A stretch of DNA of 64,000 bases. Origin: an uncultured Gammaproteobacteria bacterium (GTDB lineage Bacteria; Patescibacteriota; Patescibacteriia; Magasanikbacterales; UBA922). Below, one piece after another: positions 37,433 through 48,500 of this stretch. The position numbers and the translations under genes are program-made. The notes under the pieces were generated by a model. The model was not told the DNA's origin and made no database searches. It worked only from the letters and a program-made list of their open reading frames with translations. Location: positions 446-64,445 of the forward strand of contig CAYQNA010000001.1 of the NCBI GenBank assembly GCA_964418775.1, written 5' to 3'. Each line of letters begins with the position of its first letter. Position 1 is the stretch's first letter.

Positions 37433-38797
37433 CTATTTAATCCAAACTGATTTAACATTAACGAACTCGCGGATGCCGAATGAGTAGAGTTCGCGGCCAA
37501 AGCCGGAGCGTTTGACGCCACCGAGGGGGAGGCGAGGGTCGGATTTGACGAGGCCATTGATGAAGACTGAGCCGACTTCGAGCTGGGCCGCAATTTGTTT
37601 GGCTTTATTGGTGTCGTTCGTCCAGAGTGAGGCGCTAAGGCCAAATGGTGAGTCGTTCGCGATGCGGATGGCTTCGGTGGTGTCGGCAACCGTGATTACA
37701 CCAGCGACTGGTCCAAATACTTCCGCATCATACGCTGGCATGCCTGGTTTAACATCAGCGAGAATCGTTGGTTCGTAAAATGCGCCAGGGCCAGCAATTT
37801 TTTTGCCACCACAAATTAAGCGCGCACCGTTTTGAATTGAGGTTTGGACCTGCTCGTCAATTTCCTCGACAGCTTTGGCGCTCATGAGCGGGCCCATTTG
37901 CGTGTTGGTGTCAGTTGGGTCGCCAACAATAAACTTTGCAAATGCGTTTTTGAATTCAGTGAGGAATTGTTCGGTTACTGATTGCTCAACAATGAAGCGT
38001 TTAGCAGCTAAACAAACTTGCCCGCAATTAAGGAGGCGAGAAGTCGCCGCCGCTTGCGCTGCGGCGGGAATATCCGCATCGGCAAGCACAATAAATGGGT
38101 CACTACCACCAAGTTCGAGCACGGATTTTTTCACTTCGTCAGCGGCGATCGACGCAACTGCGCGGCCCGCTTTTTCCGATCCAGTTAAGGTCACGCCAAT
38201 TACGCGTTTATCACGAATAATTGCTTCGATTGCCTTTGAGCCGACTGGTAAATTTTGAAAAACCCCAACAGGAAATCCGGCCAAGTCAAACGCTTCTTGG
38301 ATTGCAGCTGCACAGCCCTGTACATTGGACGCGTGCTTCATGACCACGGTGTTGCCGGCCATAATTGTCCCAGCGGCAAAACGGAACAATTGCCAGTAGG
38401 GAAAATTCCACGGCATTACCGCCAGTACTACACCCATTGGGTCAAAGCGGATAAAACTTTCGCTCGCATCACTTGGGGCTGCTTCAGGACTCAAAAATTT
38501 CGCGGCATTTTCCGCATAATATTCACAGACCCACGCACATTTTTCGACCTCGGCCGTGGCTTCTTTAATTGGCTTGCCCATTTCGTGCGTGGCAATCAAA
38601 CCATATTTGGCCGCATTTTCACGCAGCACGGTGGCGATTTTTTTTACAAACACTGCCCGTTCGTCCAAACTTTTGGCGCGCCAATCTTGAAACGCGGCGT
38701 CAGCAATTGTTAATTTTGCCTGCACCTCGGCCGCATTTAGCTCGGGCCATTCTTTAATCACCTGGCCAGTGGCCGGATTGGTCGAGAGTAGGGGCAT
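37433..38797 (-). CDS. NAD(P)+-dependent aldehyde dehydrogenase (succinate-semialdehyde DH-like)
   Basis: ALDH catalytic Cys in NCGQVC, an ELGG glutamate motif and a GxxxxG NAD-binding site. Confidence 0.8.
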   Translation of the reverse strand: MPLLSTNPATGQVIKEWPELNAAEVQAKLTIADAAFQDWRAKSLDERAVFVKKIATVLRENAAKYGLIATHEMGKPIKEATAEVEKCAWVCEYYAENAAKFLSPEAAPSDASESFIRFDPMGVVLAVMPWNFPYWQLFRFAAGTIMAGNTVVMKHASNVQGCAAAIQEAFDLAGFPVGVFQNLPVGSKAIEAIIRDKRVIGVTLTGSEKAGRAVASIAADEVKKSVLELGGSDPFIVLADADIPAAAQAAATSRLLNCGQVCLAAKRFIVEQSVTEQFLTEFKNAFAKFIVGDPTDTNTQMGPLMSAKAVEEIDEQVQTSIQNGARLICGGKKIAGPGAFYEPTILADVKPGMPAYDAEVFGPVAGVITVADTTEAIRIANDSPFGLSASLWTNDTNKAKQIAAQLEVGSVFINGLVKSDPRLPLGGVKRSGFGRELYSFGIREFVNVKSVWIK

Positions 38798-38800
38798 ATT

Positions 38801-39670
38801 TTAAGCACTAAAAATTTGTTTAAGTTCACTGTCTAAAGCGCGATACATTGGGTCAACATCATGGTATGAATCGCGCGGGTGTTCGACAGAATATTTATTT
38901 AATCCCTCGCTTACAGTTGGGTCTTGCAGTGTTTGACGGAGCATTGCAAGGGGCTGGTCAAAGCGAGCTGCTAACCGTGGTTGTTTTGTGTGTTTTGTAT
39001 AGGCTGAGTATGCTTCTAACTGCATAATCATCTCGTCCAAAATTTGGTAGCGCACTGGGTGTGCGGCAAGGGCGCGATTTTCACGATTGGCAGCCAACAG
39101 GGCCAATTCCTGAACAGCTTGCGCGCCCACGCCCACAATCAGACGCGGTACTTTTTCCAATTTACCCCGGAATGTTTCATCGGGGCTGGCGAAGTACTTA
39201 ATCGTTGTTAAGGTGCCCTCATCGATTTCACGCCGGATCCTTTTGAGCTTATCGGCCAGTTTGAGTTTACTGATTGTAATATCGAGCGTAAAACCCAAGT
39301 GACTGTTGCTGGTTTCGGATTCAATTTGCGCAATTGTGTCCACGCCGTTAACAATGTCGTCATATTCTGACGCTCCCATGGTGGTTACATTAGGACCAAG
39401 CCATTCGTTGAGTTCAACTTGGTCAGTAAAAATCTGTTCAAATACCTTGGCCAGACGGGCAGCTTTAAAATCCTTTTGGTCTCCAAGTTCGAAACGCCGT
39501 TTAAAATTAGCAACCGTGTCTTCGTCGCGACGGATAATTGCGTCAGGGTAAAAATCTTTAAAATCAGCCATTTGAATACGGTCGCGGTCACCATTTTTGA
39601 GAAGGTGGGTAATAGCTGCATCGGGATGAGTGAATTTTGCCGCCTGCTCTGGACGGAAACGTTCGGACAT
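38801..39670 (-). CDS. Hypothetical cytoplasmic protein (289 aa)
   Basis: Clean ORF co-directional with the ALDH gene and 3 nt upstream of it. No known domain recognised. Confidence 0.4.
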   Translation of the reverse strand: MSERFRPEQAAKFTHPDAAITHLLKNGDRDRIQMADFKDFYPDAIIRRDEDTVANFKRRFELGDQKDFKAARLAKVFEQIFTDQVELNEWLGPNVTTMGASEYDDIVNGVDTIAQIESETSNSHLGFTLDITISKLKLADKLKRIRREIDEGTLTTIKYFASPDETFRGKLEKVPRLIVGVGAQAVQELALLAANRENRALAAHPVRYQILDEMIMQLEAYSAYTKHTKQPRLAARFDQPLAMLRQTLQDPTVSEGLNKYSVEHPRDSYHDVDPMYRALDSELKQIFSA

Positions 39671-39692
39671 ATTTATTTTTATTGATTCTAAT

Positions 39693-41024
39693 TTAGAACA
39701 CGAGCAAACCTACTAAACTGGCCGCAATAATTACGCCAGCGCTGGCCACAAAACGCCAGGCGAACGCGCGGCTGCCTTGGGCAAATGAGTAGCCGGCTTT
39801 GGTTAGGAGATTGGTGGCGTTGACGAGACAGAACGTAAAAATCGCGGTTTGGAACGTAATCGTGCGGCCAGCCATGTCAGCGAGGTTGAGGACAATCGCA
39901 TCGATACCGGCAAACGAGGCAATCACCGAACTGATGATAAAGCCCGAATTTCCGAATAAAATCAAACAAATTTTGGTAACAAACTTAACGGCAATCAAAA
40001 GGCAGGCGAATTTGAGGGCTGGAACAAAGTCAAAAATGCGGCGTTCGGGCGCGGCTTCGGTTTTGGTTTCTTTGCCCGTCTTGTCCTGGCCGCGAATCAG
40101 GAAATAGGCCGCAACCACACCACCAGCGCCCACAATGCTGAGCAATGTCGGGGTTAAGGCCACGAGCCAAGCGCTGTTAAGTGGGCCAACAAGCAAGAAA
40201 ACCTGGAAAAAACTGGCCACATTGGCGAGGAGCGCGGCGCCAACCAGAATCGTGGCGTGATTTTTTTCCACACGGCTTTTTTGCGCGAGTGCCACTGTGG
40301 TTGAAGTTGAAGAGATAAAACCACCGACTAAACTGGCGAGCGTGAAACTTTTTTTCGCACCAAAAATTTTGTTCAAAATATACCCCAGCACATCAATACC
40401 AGTCACAAGTGCGACAATAAACCAAATTTTGCGTGGGTTGAAAATTTCCACGCCCGCGAATTGGCCGAGCTCAACACCATATCCACCCAGGAATGTCTGC
40501 AAAAATGGAATGTGCGAAATTTGGATTGATTGGTCAGGTAAAATTGGCAAAATCACGAGTGCAATTAGCGCATAGCTAATAAATCCGGGCAATTCCTTGG
40601 CTGTAATCCAGCGCGATGTAATGTGGTGAGTATGTTTTTTAACTGCCAAAATAATAAGCGCGAAAATTAAAATAATGACTGTGTTTTGCAAAGAAATTAG
40701 TTTGGAAACAGTCAAAAAACCAATCGCAAACGTAATAATAACAGACAATTCGGTTGTGATGCCGAGTTGCTTGTAACCATAGGCGTGGAGCGCGTAGTAG
40801 ACGATAAGGAGGCCAACGACGCTAGCGAGTAAGCCAATCGCGAGCGGCGCAATTGCGGCCATCCAAAAAAAGCCGGCCAACCCACCAATCAAACCAATGA
40901 GTGCGTACGTGCGAATGCCGCCAATTGATTCTTCTTCGGACCCAGTACGATGTGCTTCGCGTTCCAACCCAACAATGGCGCCAAACAGCGCGGCTAAGAA
41001 AAAGGTGACAGGTAGAGAAAACAT
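39693..41024 (-). CDS. MgtC/SapB-family plus DUF4010 membrane protein
   Basis: N-terminal MgtC-like segment (GLEREAH), then a DUF4010-type polytopic region. Confidence 0.55.
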   Translation of the reverse strand: MFSLPVTFFLAALFGAIVGLEREAHRTGSEEESIGGIRTYALIGLIGGLAGFFWMAAIAPLAIGLLASVVGLLIVYYALHAYGYKQLGITTELSVIITFAIGFLTVSKLISLQNTVIILIFALIILAVKKHTHHITSRWITAKELPGFISYALIALVILPILPDQSIQISHIPFLQTFLGGYGVELGQFAGVEIFNPRKIWFIVALVTGIDVLGYILNKIFGAKKSFTLASLVGGFISSTSTTVALAQKSRVEKNHATILVGAALLANVASFFQVFLLVGPLNSAWLVALTPTLLSIVGAGGVVAAYFLIRGQDKTGKETKTEAAPERRIFDFVPALKFACLLIAVKFVTKICLILFGNSGFIISSVIASFAGIDAIVLNLADMAGRTITFQTAIFTFCLVNATNLLTKAGYSFAQGSRAFAWRFVASAGVIIAASLVGLLVF

Positions 41025-41051
41025 ATGAAAATGAATTCTCTATAGTATACA

Positions 41052-42692
41052 CTAAATTACGCAGGATTTCTCTTTTAATTCGCGCGTGAGCACACGGTCG
41101 TTTTCCGAGTAATCAATGGGCACGTCAATGATGTGCACACCGGGCGTGGCCAAAGTTTTTTTCAGGAGTTCGCTGAACTCGGCTGTTTTGGTGACGCGGT
41201 GTCCGTGCGCGCCATAGGCTTCGGCGTATTTTGCAAAGTCTGGGTTGGTGAAGTCGAGGCCAAATGAATTGAATCCGCCCGCGTCCTGTTTCCATTTAAT
41301 CATGCCATAACCATTGTCGTTCAGGATTACGACAGTGAGGTTGAGGCCCAAGCGTACCGCGGTTTCGAGTTCTTGTGAATTCATCATAAAACCGCCGTCG
41401 CCGCAGACAGCGACAACTTTTTTGTCTGGGTGGAGGAGTGCCGCGGCCATGGCCGATGGCAGGCCCGCGCCCATTGTCGCGAGTGCGTTGTCGAGCAAAA
41501 TTGTGTTGCGTTCGTGGGCTGGGTAATAGCGCGCAAACCACAATTTGTACATGCCATTGTCGAGTGTGAGGATGCCGCCCGAGGGCACGACGCTTCGTAC
41601 ATCGGCCACAATGCGTTGCGGAATAATTGGGAAGCGATCGTCCGCAATATCGCGCTGCAAATGCGCGTCAAGCTGCGCTTTAACTTTTTGGAAGTATGCA
41701 AAATCCCAATGCGACTGCGGTTCTAACTGTTCTTTAATTTGCCAGAGTGCATTACCGATGTCACCAATCACTTCTAGGGTGGGGAAGTAGACTTCGTCAA
41801 CTTTGGCGCTCAAAAAATTTAAATGGATAACTTTAGCGCCGTCTGGTTTCATTATGAACGGTGGTTTTTCGACCACATCATGGCCAACATTAATGATCAG
41901 GTCAGCGCGATCCACAGCGCAATGCAAATAATCATTGGCCGAAAGTGCGGCGGTGCCTAAATACAGCGGGTGGCGCTCATCAACAACACCCTTGCCCATT
42001 TGCGTGGTGAAAAATGGGATGCCGGTTTTGGCAATTAATTCTGTGAGCATTTTGGAAACTAATTTTCGGTTGGCGCCAGCACCAACCAAAATGAGTGGGT
42101 GTTTGGCGTCAGCAATCATTTGCACTGCTTGTTTAATGGCCTTTTCTTCGGCCACTGGGCGACGCGCGCGATTAATTGGCAAGAGCGGCGCATCAGTTTC
42201 CTCGGCTGCTACGTCTTCGGGCAGTTCCAAATGCACTGCGCCTGGGCGCTCTTCTTCGGCTACACGAAACGCTTCGCGCACCATGGATGGAATTGCATGC
42301 GCGCTCACAATTTGTTTGGCAAACTTTGTCAGTGGCTTCATCATGCCAACCACATCAACAATTTGGAAATGGCCTTGTTTGCTTTTTTTAATTGGTTTTT
42401 GGCCCGTAATCATGATAATTGGCATGGCCCCAAGTTGCGCGTAGGCAGCGGCGGTCACAAAATTTGTTGCGCCTGGCCCAAGCGTGGACAAACACACACC
42501 AGTTTTGCCAGTTAGGCGGCCATAGGTTGCGGCCATAAAACCTGCGGCCTGTTCGTGGCGCGTCACAATTAATTTGATTGATGAGCTTCGGAGCGATTCC
42601 AAAAAATCCAAATTTTCTTCACCTGGAATACCAAAAATATATTCCACGCACTCGGCTTCCAGGGCTTTTACCAACAAGTCAGAGGCTTTCAT
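41052..42692 (-). CDS. Thiamine-pyrophosphate enzyme of the acetolactate-synthase large-subunit family
   Basis: N-terminal Pyr domain (GIPGEENL…), central FAD/TH3-like domain and C-terminal PP domain with a GDGGF motif. The ATG at 42692 is preferred. Confidence 0.75.
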   Translation of the reverse strand: MKASDLLVKALEAECVEYIFGIPGEENLDFLESLRSSSIKLIVTRHEQAAGFMAATYGRLTGKTGVCLSTLGPGATNFVTAAAYAQLGAMPIIMITGQKPIKKSKQGHFQIVDVVGMMKPLTKFAKQIVSAHAIPSMVREAFRVAEEERPGAVHLELPEDVAAEETDAPLLPINRARRPVAEEKAIKQAVQMIADAKHPLILVGAGANRKLVSKMLTELIAKTGIPFFTTQMGKGVVDERHPLYLGTAALSANDYLHCAVDRADLIINVGHDVVEKPPFIMKPDGAKVIHLNFLSAKVDEVYFPTLEVIGDIGNALWQIKEQLEPQSHWDFAYFQKVKAQLDAHLQRDIADDRFPIIPQRIVADVRSVVPSGGILTLDNGMYKLWFARYYPAHERNTILLDNALATMGAGLPSAMAAALLHPDKKVVAVCGDGGFMMNSQELETAVRLGLNLTVVILNDNGYGMIKWKQDAGGFNSFGLDFTNPDFAKYAEAYGAHGHRVTKTAEFSELLKKTLATPGVHIIDVPIDYSENDRVLTRELKEKSCVI

Positions 42693-43055
42693 AGAAAAAA
42701 TAAGTACAGAAAATGTACCATTTGGGCGTGAAAAAAACAACTCGAATATAAATAAAAAATCCCCGTGTAGGGGGTTTAAATAATTTTGGGAACGGAGCGG
42801 CGAGTCAGCGACTGCCGCCCCGTGCCCGACCTTAGTCGGGCTGACGACGCGAATCCCGGGGTTTACGTCCCCCAGGGTAACTCGTGGAACCTCCCCACTG
42901 GGGTTCTGCCGAGTGAGACCACGCAGGTACTTCCTGCGAAGGCACGCTGGATGATCCAGCGAAGTGAACCGCTGGTTCGTGTTTTCGATCTTTCTTGGCG
43001 TCTGTAATTTTTGGCATCTGCCCCCCTCACGGCTTAGCCGAAGCCAAGCAACCAA
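42693..43055 (-). promoter_or_regulatory. Long GC-rich structured 5' leader of the ALS-like gene, ending in a terminator/attenuator-like hairpin
   Basis: On the minus strand it reads GGCUUCGGCUAAGCC, CCAGCG…CGCUGG, CGCAGG…CCUGCG, then CCCCCuacacGGGG plus a U-run about 60 nt before the start codon. The in-frame ORF-track extension across it is rejected. Confidence 0.25.
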
Positions 43056-43090
43056 AACAGTATGAAGCTAAGATGGTTTACTGTCAATAT

Positions 43091-43408
43091 TTAATCAATA
43101 ATCCACGGCGCAGTAGGGCTCAACAAAAAGTAGAGGGCCGCGATTTGCAACGCCAAAATCAACGCAGCCACGGCCTGGAACGAAAGCTTTTTTGTTTTAT
43201 GTCGAAAATAATTCATGGCCACAAGCGCCCCAACACTGCCACCAAGGAGCATTAAAATCCACAACGTGGCCTCGGGTGTGCGACGTACCCCAACTTTGCG
43301 CGATCGCGCTTTGTCGATCCCAAATGCCAAAAAAGCCGCGATATTAATCACGGCTATGTACCACAGCCACAAAGGAATTTGGGTCAAGCTAGGTAACATC
43401 TGGTTCAT
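43091..43408 (-). CDS. DUF1294-family membrane protein
   Basis: …FGIDKARSRK…LLGGSVGALVAMNYFRHKTKK… is the DUF1294 signature. Confidence 0.5.
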   Translation of the reverse strand: MNQMLPSLTQIPLWLWYIAVINIAAFLAFGIDKARSRKVGVRRTPEATLWILMLLGGSVGALVAMNYFRHKTKKLSFQAVAALILALQIAALYFLLSPTAPWIID

Positions 43409-43943
43409 CTTGGTGGCGTTTGCGATATTCGGCAGCTAGTCGGATCAATTCTTCGCGCACATGGTCTGGGTTGGGGATTTGGTGGAAAATAATTGAATTT
43501 GTGGAAGATGCAGTGGTCACAACCAAATTACCAAAGTGCATGATGGTACTGAACACACCGTGTACATTGGTTGTTACGTCCTGAATACGGCCCAATTCGA
43601 ATTCTGTGATGTTGCGTCTAAACAGGCCTTCTTGGGCGATGTCGATAATGCGTTCATTTGTCACAATCCACAAGTCCAAGTAGTAGTCGATGAAACGAAT
43701 GTAGAAAAATAGAAGCGCAAACAAGCAATACAAACTACCAATCAGCACAATTACCGGATATGCGGCTGACTCACTCCAAATCATTTCGGGAAATAACGCA
43801 TTGGCGCCATACATGACTCCAAGTGGCAGAGTGGATAATATAATAAATACCACAATCGTAGAGACAAATGTGATCCAGTGTCGGCGCAAAATAAAAATCA
43901 CGTGTTCGGCCGGCTTTTTTTTAACAAAATGCGAAAGGTGCAT
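43389..43943 (-). CDS. Bacterial PH-domain (bPH_2/YdbT-like) membrane protein
   Basis: Two TM helices followed by YYLDLWIVTNERIIDIAQEG…GRIQDV, which is the bPH_2 pattern. Its ATG sits 1 nt after the upstream stop (TAAtATG). Confidence 0.5.
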   Translation of the reverse strand: MHLSHFVKKKPAEHVIFILRRHWITFVSTIVVFIILSTLPLGVMYGANALFPEMIWSESAAYPVIVLIGSLYCLFALLFFYIRFIDYYLDLWIVTNERIIDIAQEGLFRRNITEFELGRIQDVTTNVHGVFSTIMHFGNLVVTTASSTNSIIFHQIPNPDHVREELIRLAAEYRKRHQDEPDVT

Positions 43944-43944
43944 A

Positions 43945-44208
43945 TTATTCAATGGTGCCCGAAGACCCAAGCCAATCGGTGTTAAACGCCGCAATTGGTT
44001 CGCGCCAGTCGACACCTTGCAGCAAGAACCAGGTCGAATAAAGCGTCAGTGCGGTGGCCGCAAGCACAAAAAACGTCATGCTAAAACTCGGCAGCGTTAG
44101 GGTGTCAGTGCTAATGATGTGGTAAAAATTGGCCACCATCACCACTGCGAAAATTGCCAAAAAGAGCAGGTACACGAACAGTAAAATATACAAAGGGAAC
44201 GCGAGCAT
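43945..44208 (-). CDS. Small 2-3 TM membrane protein (hypothetical)
   Basis: 87 aa, hydrophobic, in an operon between ruvB and the bPH gene. Confidence 0.35.
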   Translation of the reverse strand: MLAFPLYILLFVYLLFLAIFAVVMVANFYHIISTDTLTLPSFSMTFFVLAATALTLYSTWFLLQGVDWREPIAAFNTDWLGSSGTIE

Positions 44209-44209
44209 A

Positions 44210-45283
44210 TTAAAATAAAGTGTCAGATTTTGGGACTTGGCGGCCTAAATGTTGGTAGGCCAAAGCGGTAACTTGGCGGCCGCGTGGTGTGCGTTCAATT
44301 AGGCCAAGTTGTAACATATAAGGCTCGTAAATTGTTTCCAGGGTTTCCGTATCCTCGGCCACTGCGGCGGCGAGTGTGTTGAGTCCCACGGGCCCGCCCT
44401 GAAATTTATCAATAATTGTGGCCAAAATTTTCCGGTCCACTTCGTCCAAACCAGATTCGTCAATTTGTAGCATGCGTAGGGCAGCCTGTGTAATTGACGG
44501 GGTAAGTATACCATTGTTCTGTACTTCGGCATAGTCGCGCACGCGCTTAAGCAAGCGGTTGGCCACGCGTGGAGTGCGGCGGGCGCGTTCGGCTACCAAA
44601 CCAGAGGTGCCGTTTTCCATGGTTAGGCCGAGCAAGTCAGCGTTGCGCGCCACAATTTTTTCCAAGTCACTGATTTCGTAAAAATTTAAATGGTACACGT
44701 GGCCAAAGCGGTCGCGCAGTGGGGCCGAGAGCATGTTAAGCTTGGTTGTGGCGCCAATCAGTGTGAAGCGGGCGAGTGGCATGCGGAGCGTGCGTGCAGC
44801 CGGCCCTTTGCCGAGCACAATGTCGAGCGCATAATCTTCCATGGCACTATACAGCACTTCTTCAATTGTTTTGTTGAGGCGATGAATTTCATCAATAAAC
44901 AAAATGTCACCAGCCTGAAGATTGGTTAGAATCGCGGCCAAATCACCCACGCGTTCCAGGGCTGGACCAGAGGTTACGCGCATTTGTGAATTCATTTCTT
45001 TGGCAATAATACTCGCGAGCGTGGTCTTGCCCAAACCAGGATTGCCATACAACAAAACGTGCTCGAGTGCTTCTTCGCGCTTGGACGCAGCCTGGAGCGA
45101 AATCAACAGTGGCTGTTTAATATGATTTTGTCCCACAAAATCATCCAAACGGCTTGGACGCAAACTCACTTCGAGCGCGGTCTCATCGGTTTGCGCGGCC
45201 GGCGCAACCAGACGCTCAAATTCATTGTCCTCGGGTGCTCCACCCAAATCTTTTGGCATAGTTTGTGTAGTATACGGGGCCAA
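44210..45283 (-). CDS. ruvB: Holliday-junction branch-migration ATPase RuvB
   Basis: AAA+ Walker [12 protein letters not shown], Walker [11 protein letters not shown], sensor motifs and a C-terminal winged helix. Confidence 0.85.
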   Translation of the reverse strand: MAPYTTQTMPKDLGGAPEDNEFERLVAPAAQTDETALEVSLRPSRLDDFVGQNHIKQPLLISLQAASKREEALEHVLLYGNPGLGKTTLASIIAKEMNSQMRVTSGPALERVGDLAAILTNLQAGDILFIDEIHRLNKTIEEVLYSAMEDYALDIVLGKGPAARTLRMPLARFTLIGATTKLNMLSAPLRDRFGHVYHLNFYEISDLEKIVARNADLLGLTMENGTSGLVAERARRTPRVANRLLKRVRDYAEVQNNGILTPSITQAALRMLQIDESGLDEVDRKILATIIDKFQGGPVGLNTLAAAVAEDTETLETIYEPYMLQLGLIERTPRGRQVTALAYQHLGRQVPKSDTLF

Positions 45284-45470
45284 AAAGCAAAAGACAAGCA
45301 GCGACTTTTTGGAAAAATTTTTTCGTTATCCACCGGCTGGTGTGGATAAGTTGTGGGTAGAAAAAAGCGACACAAAATTGTTGGCTCAGTGTTGCGCAAT
45401 TTTGCGTCTCTGAGTTCATGCTAGTCGCGTCTGTAAGCATGTGTTATACTACGCGCTACCTGTCAGTAAT

Positions 45471-45514
45471 CCTACATATTGTGGTCTAAAGCGGTTTAAA
45501 CCACAACATATAGG
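45471..45514 (+). promoter_or_regulatory. Pair of ATAT-centred palindromic boxes (NrdR-box-like) upstream of nrdJ
   Basis: CCTACATATTGTGG and CCACAACATATAGG are near-perfect inverted copies 30 bp centre-to-centre, 83 nt before the RNR start codon. Confidence 0.3.
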
Positions 45515-45596
45515 AATTTCATTACTATCGCAATACCATGTTAATAGTCGACAGGCATGGTATTTTATAAACTAATTTACCCTAAATTCCAGCGCT

Positions 45597-48500
45597 ATGG
45601 GACCGACTGACGCACGCTTCATTCAGAGCCTAAAATTAGGTCAAAGCGAAAATACGTCGTTTAGTTATCACACGGACGGCTTACGCATTCAGCGCCGTTT
45701 CAGTCAGGACGGGATTAACCCATACGATTTGGTTGAGTACGAAAAACGCAGTTCGGTAATCCGCGAACCAGATGGTACCGTGGTGTTTGAAATGAAAGAT
45801 TTGGAAATTCCAAAGAGTTGGTCACAGGTAGCGACTGATATTATTGCCCAAAAATACTTCCGCAAGGCCGGTGTCCCACAGTTCAACGCCGACGGTACGC
45901 CAAAGTTAAACGCTGACGGATCACCCGTGCTTGGGTCTGAAACCAGCGCAAAGCAGACCGTACACCGTTTGGCCGGAACCTGGCGTTATTGGGGTGAAAA
46001 GTATGGATATTTTGCTTCGCCAGAGGACGCACAGATTTTTTATGACGAAGTAGCGCTCATGCTCCTTCGCCAAATGGCTGCCCCAAACTCCCCACAGTGG
46101 TTTAACACTGGCTTGCACTGGGCTTACGGCATTAACAGTCAGGCACAGGGGCATTATTATGTTGACCCAGACACTGGGGTCATGACACGCGCCAAAGACG
46201 CCTACTCTCACCCACAACCACACGCTTGTTTTATCCAATCCATTGACGATGACCTTGTAAACGAAGGCGGTATCATGGACCTATGGGTGCGCGAGGCTCG
46301 TTTGTTCAAATACGGCTCGGGCACTGGGACAAACTTTTCGAATTTGCGCGGTTCGGGCGAACCACTTTCCGGTGGCGGCAGATCGAGCGGCCTCATGAGC
46401 TGGCTCAAAATCGGTGACCGCGCTGCGGCGGCCATTAAATCCGGTGGTACCACTCGTCGCGCAGCCAAAATGGTGATCTTGAACCTCGACCACCCAGACA
46501 TTGAAAAATTCATTAACTGGAAAGTTGAAGAAGAAAAGAAAGTGGCCGCCATGATTGCGGCTGGTTACCCATCGGACTACGAAGGCGAAGCCTACCAAAC
46601 CGTTTCGGGCCAAAATTCCAACAACTCAATTCGCGTGCCAAACAAGTACATGGAAGCACTCGAACACGACGGTACGTGGAGCCTTACCTGGCGCACTGAT
46701 GGTTCGGTTTGTAAAACACTCAAAGCCCGTGAATTGTGGGACCAAATTGCGTTTGCTGCCTGGGCATGTGCTGACCCTGGTTTGCAGTATGATGACAACA
46801 TTAACGAGTGGCACACCTGCCCACAATCAGGTCGCATCAATGGCACCAACCCATGCAGTGAATACGTGTTCCTGGATAACACGGCTTGCAACTTGGCCTC
46901 ACTCAACTTGGCGCACTTCTTTGACTCCGCCACACAAACTTTTGACGTTGATGGCTTCAAACATGCAACACGCTTGTGGACTGTGGTGCTAGAAATTAGT
47001 GTGCTCATGGCGCAATTCCCAAGTAAGGAAATTGCCCAGGGCAGTTACGATTTCCGCACGCTCGGCCTTGGCTATGCCAACATTGGTTCCGTGCTCATGA
47101 TGAGCGGCATCCCATACGAATCAGACGAAGCCTATGCCTTCACAGGTACAGTTACGGCCCTGATGACTGCGGAAAGTTATCGCACGAGTGCAGAAATGGC
47201 TCGTTTCCTGGGCACATTCCCTAAATACGAACTCAACAAAAAAGACATGCTCCGCGTCGTGCGCAATCATCGTCGCGCCGCGTTTAACGCGCCAGATAGC
47301 GAGTACGAAAAATTGACGATCAAGCCAGTGGGCATTAAGGCCGAATTTGCGCCAGCGTATTTGCTCGCTGCGGCGCGCGAATCATGGAATGAGGCCGTGG
47401 AATGGGGTGAAAAACATGGTTACCGCAATGCGCAAACCACCCTCCTCGCACCAACTGGTACGATCGGTCTCCTTATGGACTGCTCGACCACTGGTGTTGA
47501 ACCCGACTTTGCATTGGTTAAATTCAAGAAGCTCGCTGGTGGCGGTTACTTTAAGATCGTTAACGAAGCGGTACCGGCAGCACTCAAGAATTTGGGTTAC
47601 ACCGACACCCAAATGCAGGCCATCATGGACTACATGAAAGGTACGGCCGATATTACCAATGCACCGCACATCAATGCGGCCAGCCTTAAGGCCAAAGGGT
47701 TTAATGATGATGATGTCGCGGCCTTGAACAAAGCTTTGCTGGGCGCATTCGAACTTAAATTTGCCTTTAATGTGTGGACTTTGGGTGAAGACTGTCTAAA
47801 GCGTTTAGGGTTCTCGCCAGCTGAATACAATGACGCTAAGTTTAACCCACTCACCGCACTTGGATTTACCGAAGCTCAGATCGAAGCAGCCAACGAATAC
47901 GTGTGTGGTACTATGACGATCGAAGGTGCACCTGGCCTCAAAGCCGAACATTACCCAGTGTTTGATTGTGCCAACAAGTGTGGTAAAAAAGGTCAACGCT
48001 ATATTCACTGGCGTGGTCACTTGCGCATGATGGCTTCGGCCCAACCATTCTTGTCTGGGGCGATTTCCAAGACCATCAACATGCCAAACGAAGCGACGGT
48101 TGATGATGTTAAGCAGGCATACCACGAATCATGGGAATTGTGTCTCAAAGCCGTGGCCTTGTATCGCGATGGGTGCAAACTTAGTCAGCCACTGGCTACT
48201 TCGTCCAAAAAAATCGAAGCAAAAGAAGAAGAAAAAGTCGAAGCAAAAGTTGACGAAGCCAAAACCGAAGTCATGGCCAAAGAAATGGCCGCCGCCATGG
48301 AGCGCGTGCAACAAATGTTGGCCGCACACAGCGCTGACTCGCACGCTATGGAAACCTATGGTCGCGATGGTAGCGTTACCGAACGCCGCGTGTACTTGCA
48401 TGGCGAAAAGCGCCAGTTACCAGCCAAACGCGCTGGAATCACGGTGTCGGCCAAGATCGGCAACCAACAGATTTGGCTCCGCACTGGTGAATATCCAGAT

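Noticed and set aside
42880-42995. Plus-strand resemblance to TPP-riboswitch elements (CUGGGGU…GAGUGAGA…CUGGAUGAUCCAGCG…)
   Set aside because: Matches are partial and from memory only, and there is no plus-strand gene downstream for it to control. Kept only as part of the 'structured leader' finding on the minus strand.
42693-43055. N-terminal 121-codon extension of the ALS-like ORF (TTG start at 43055)
   Set aside because: The extension is GC-rich, non-homologous, TTG-initiated and hairpin-dense. The enzyme's conserved N-terminus begins at the ATG at 42692.
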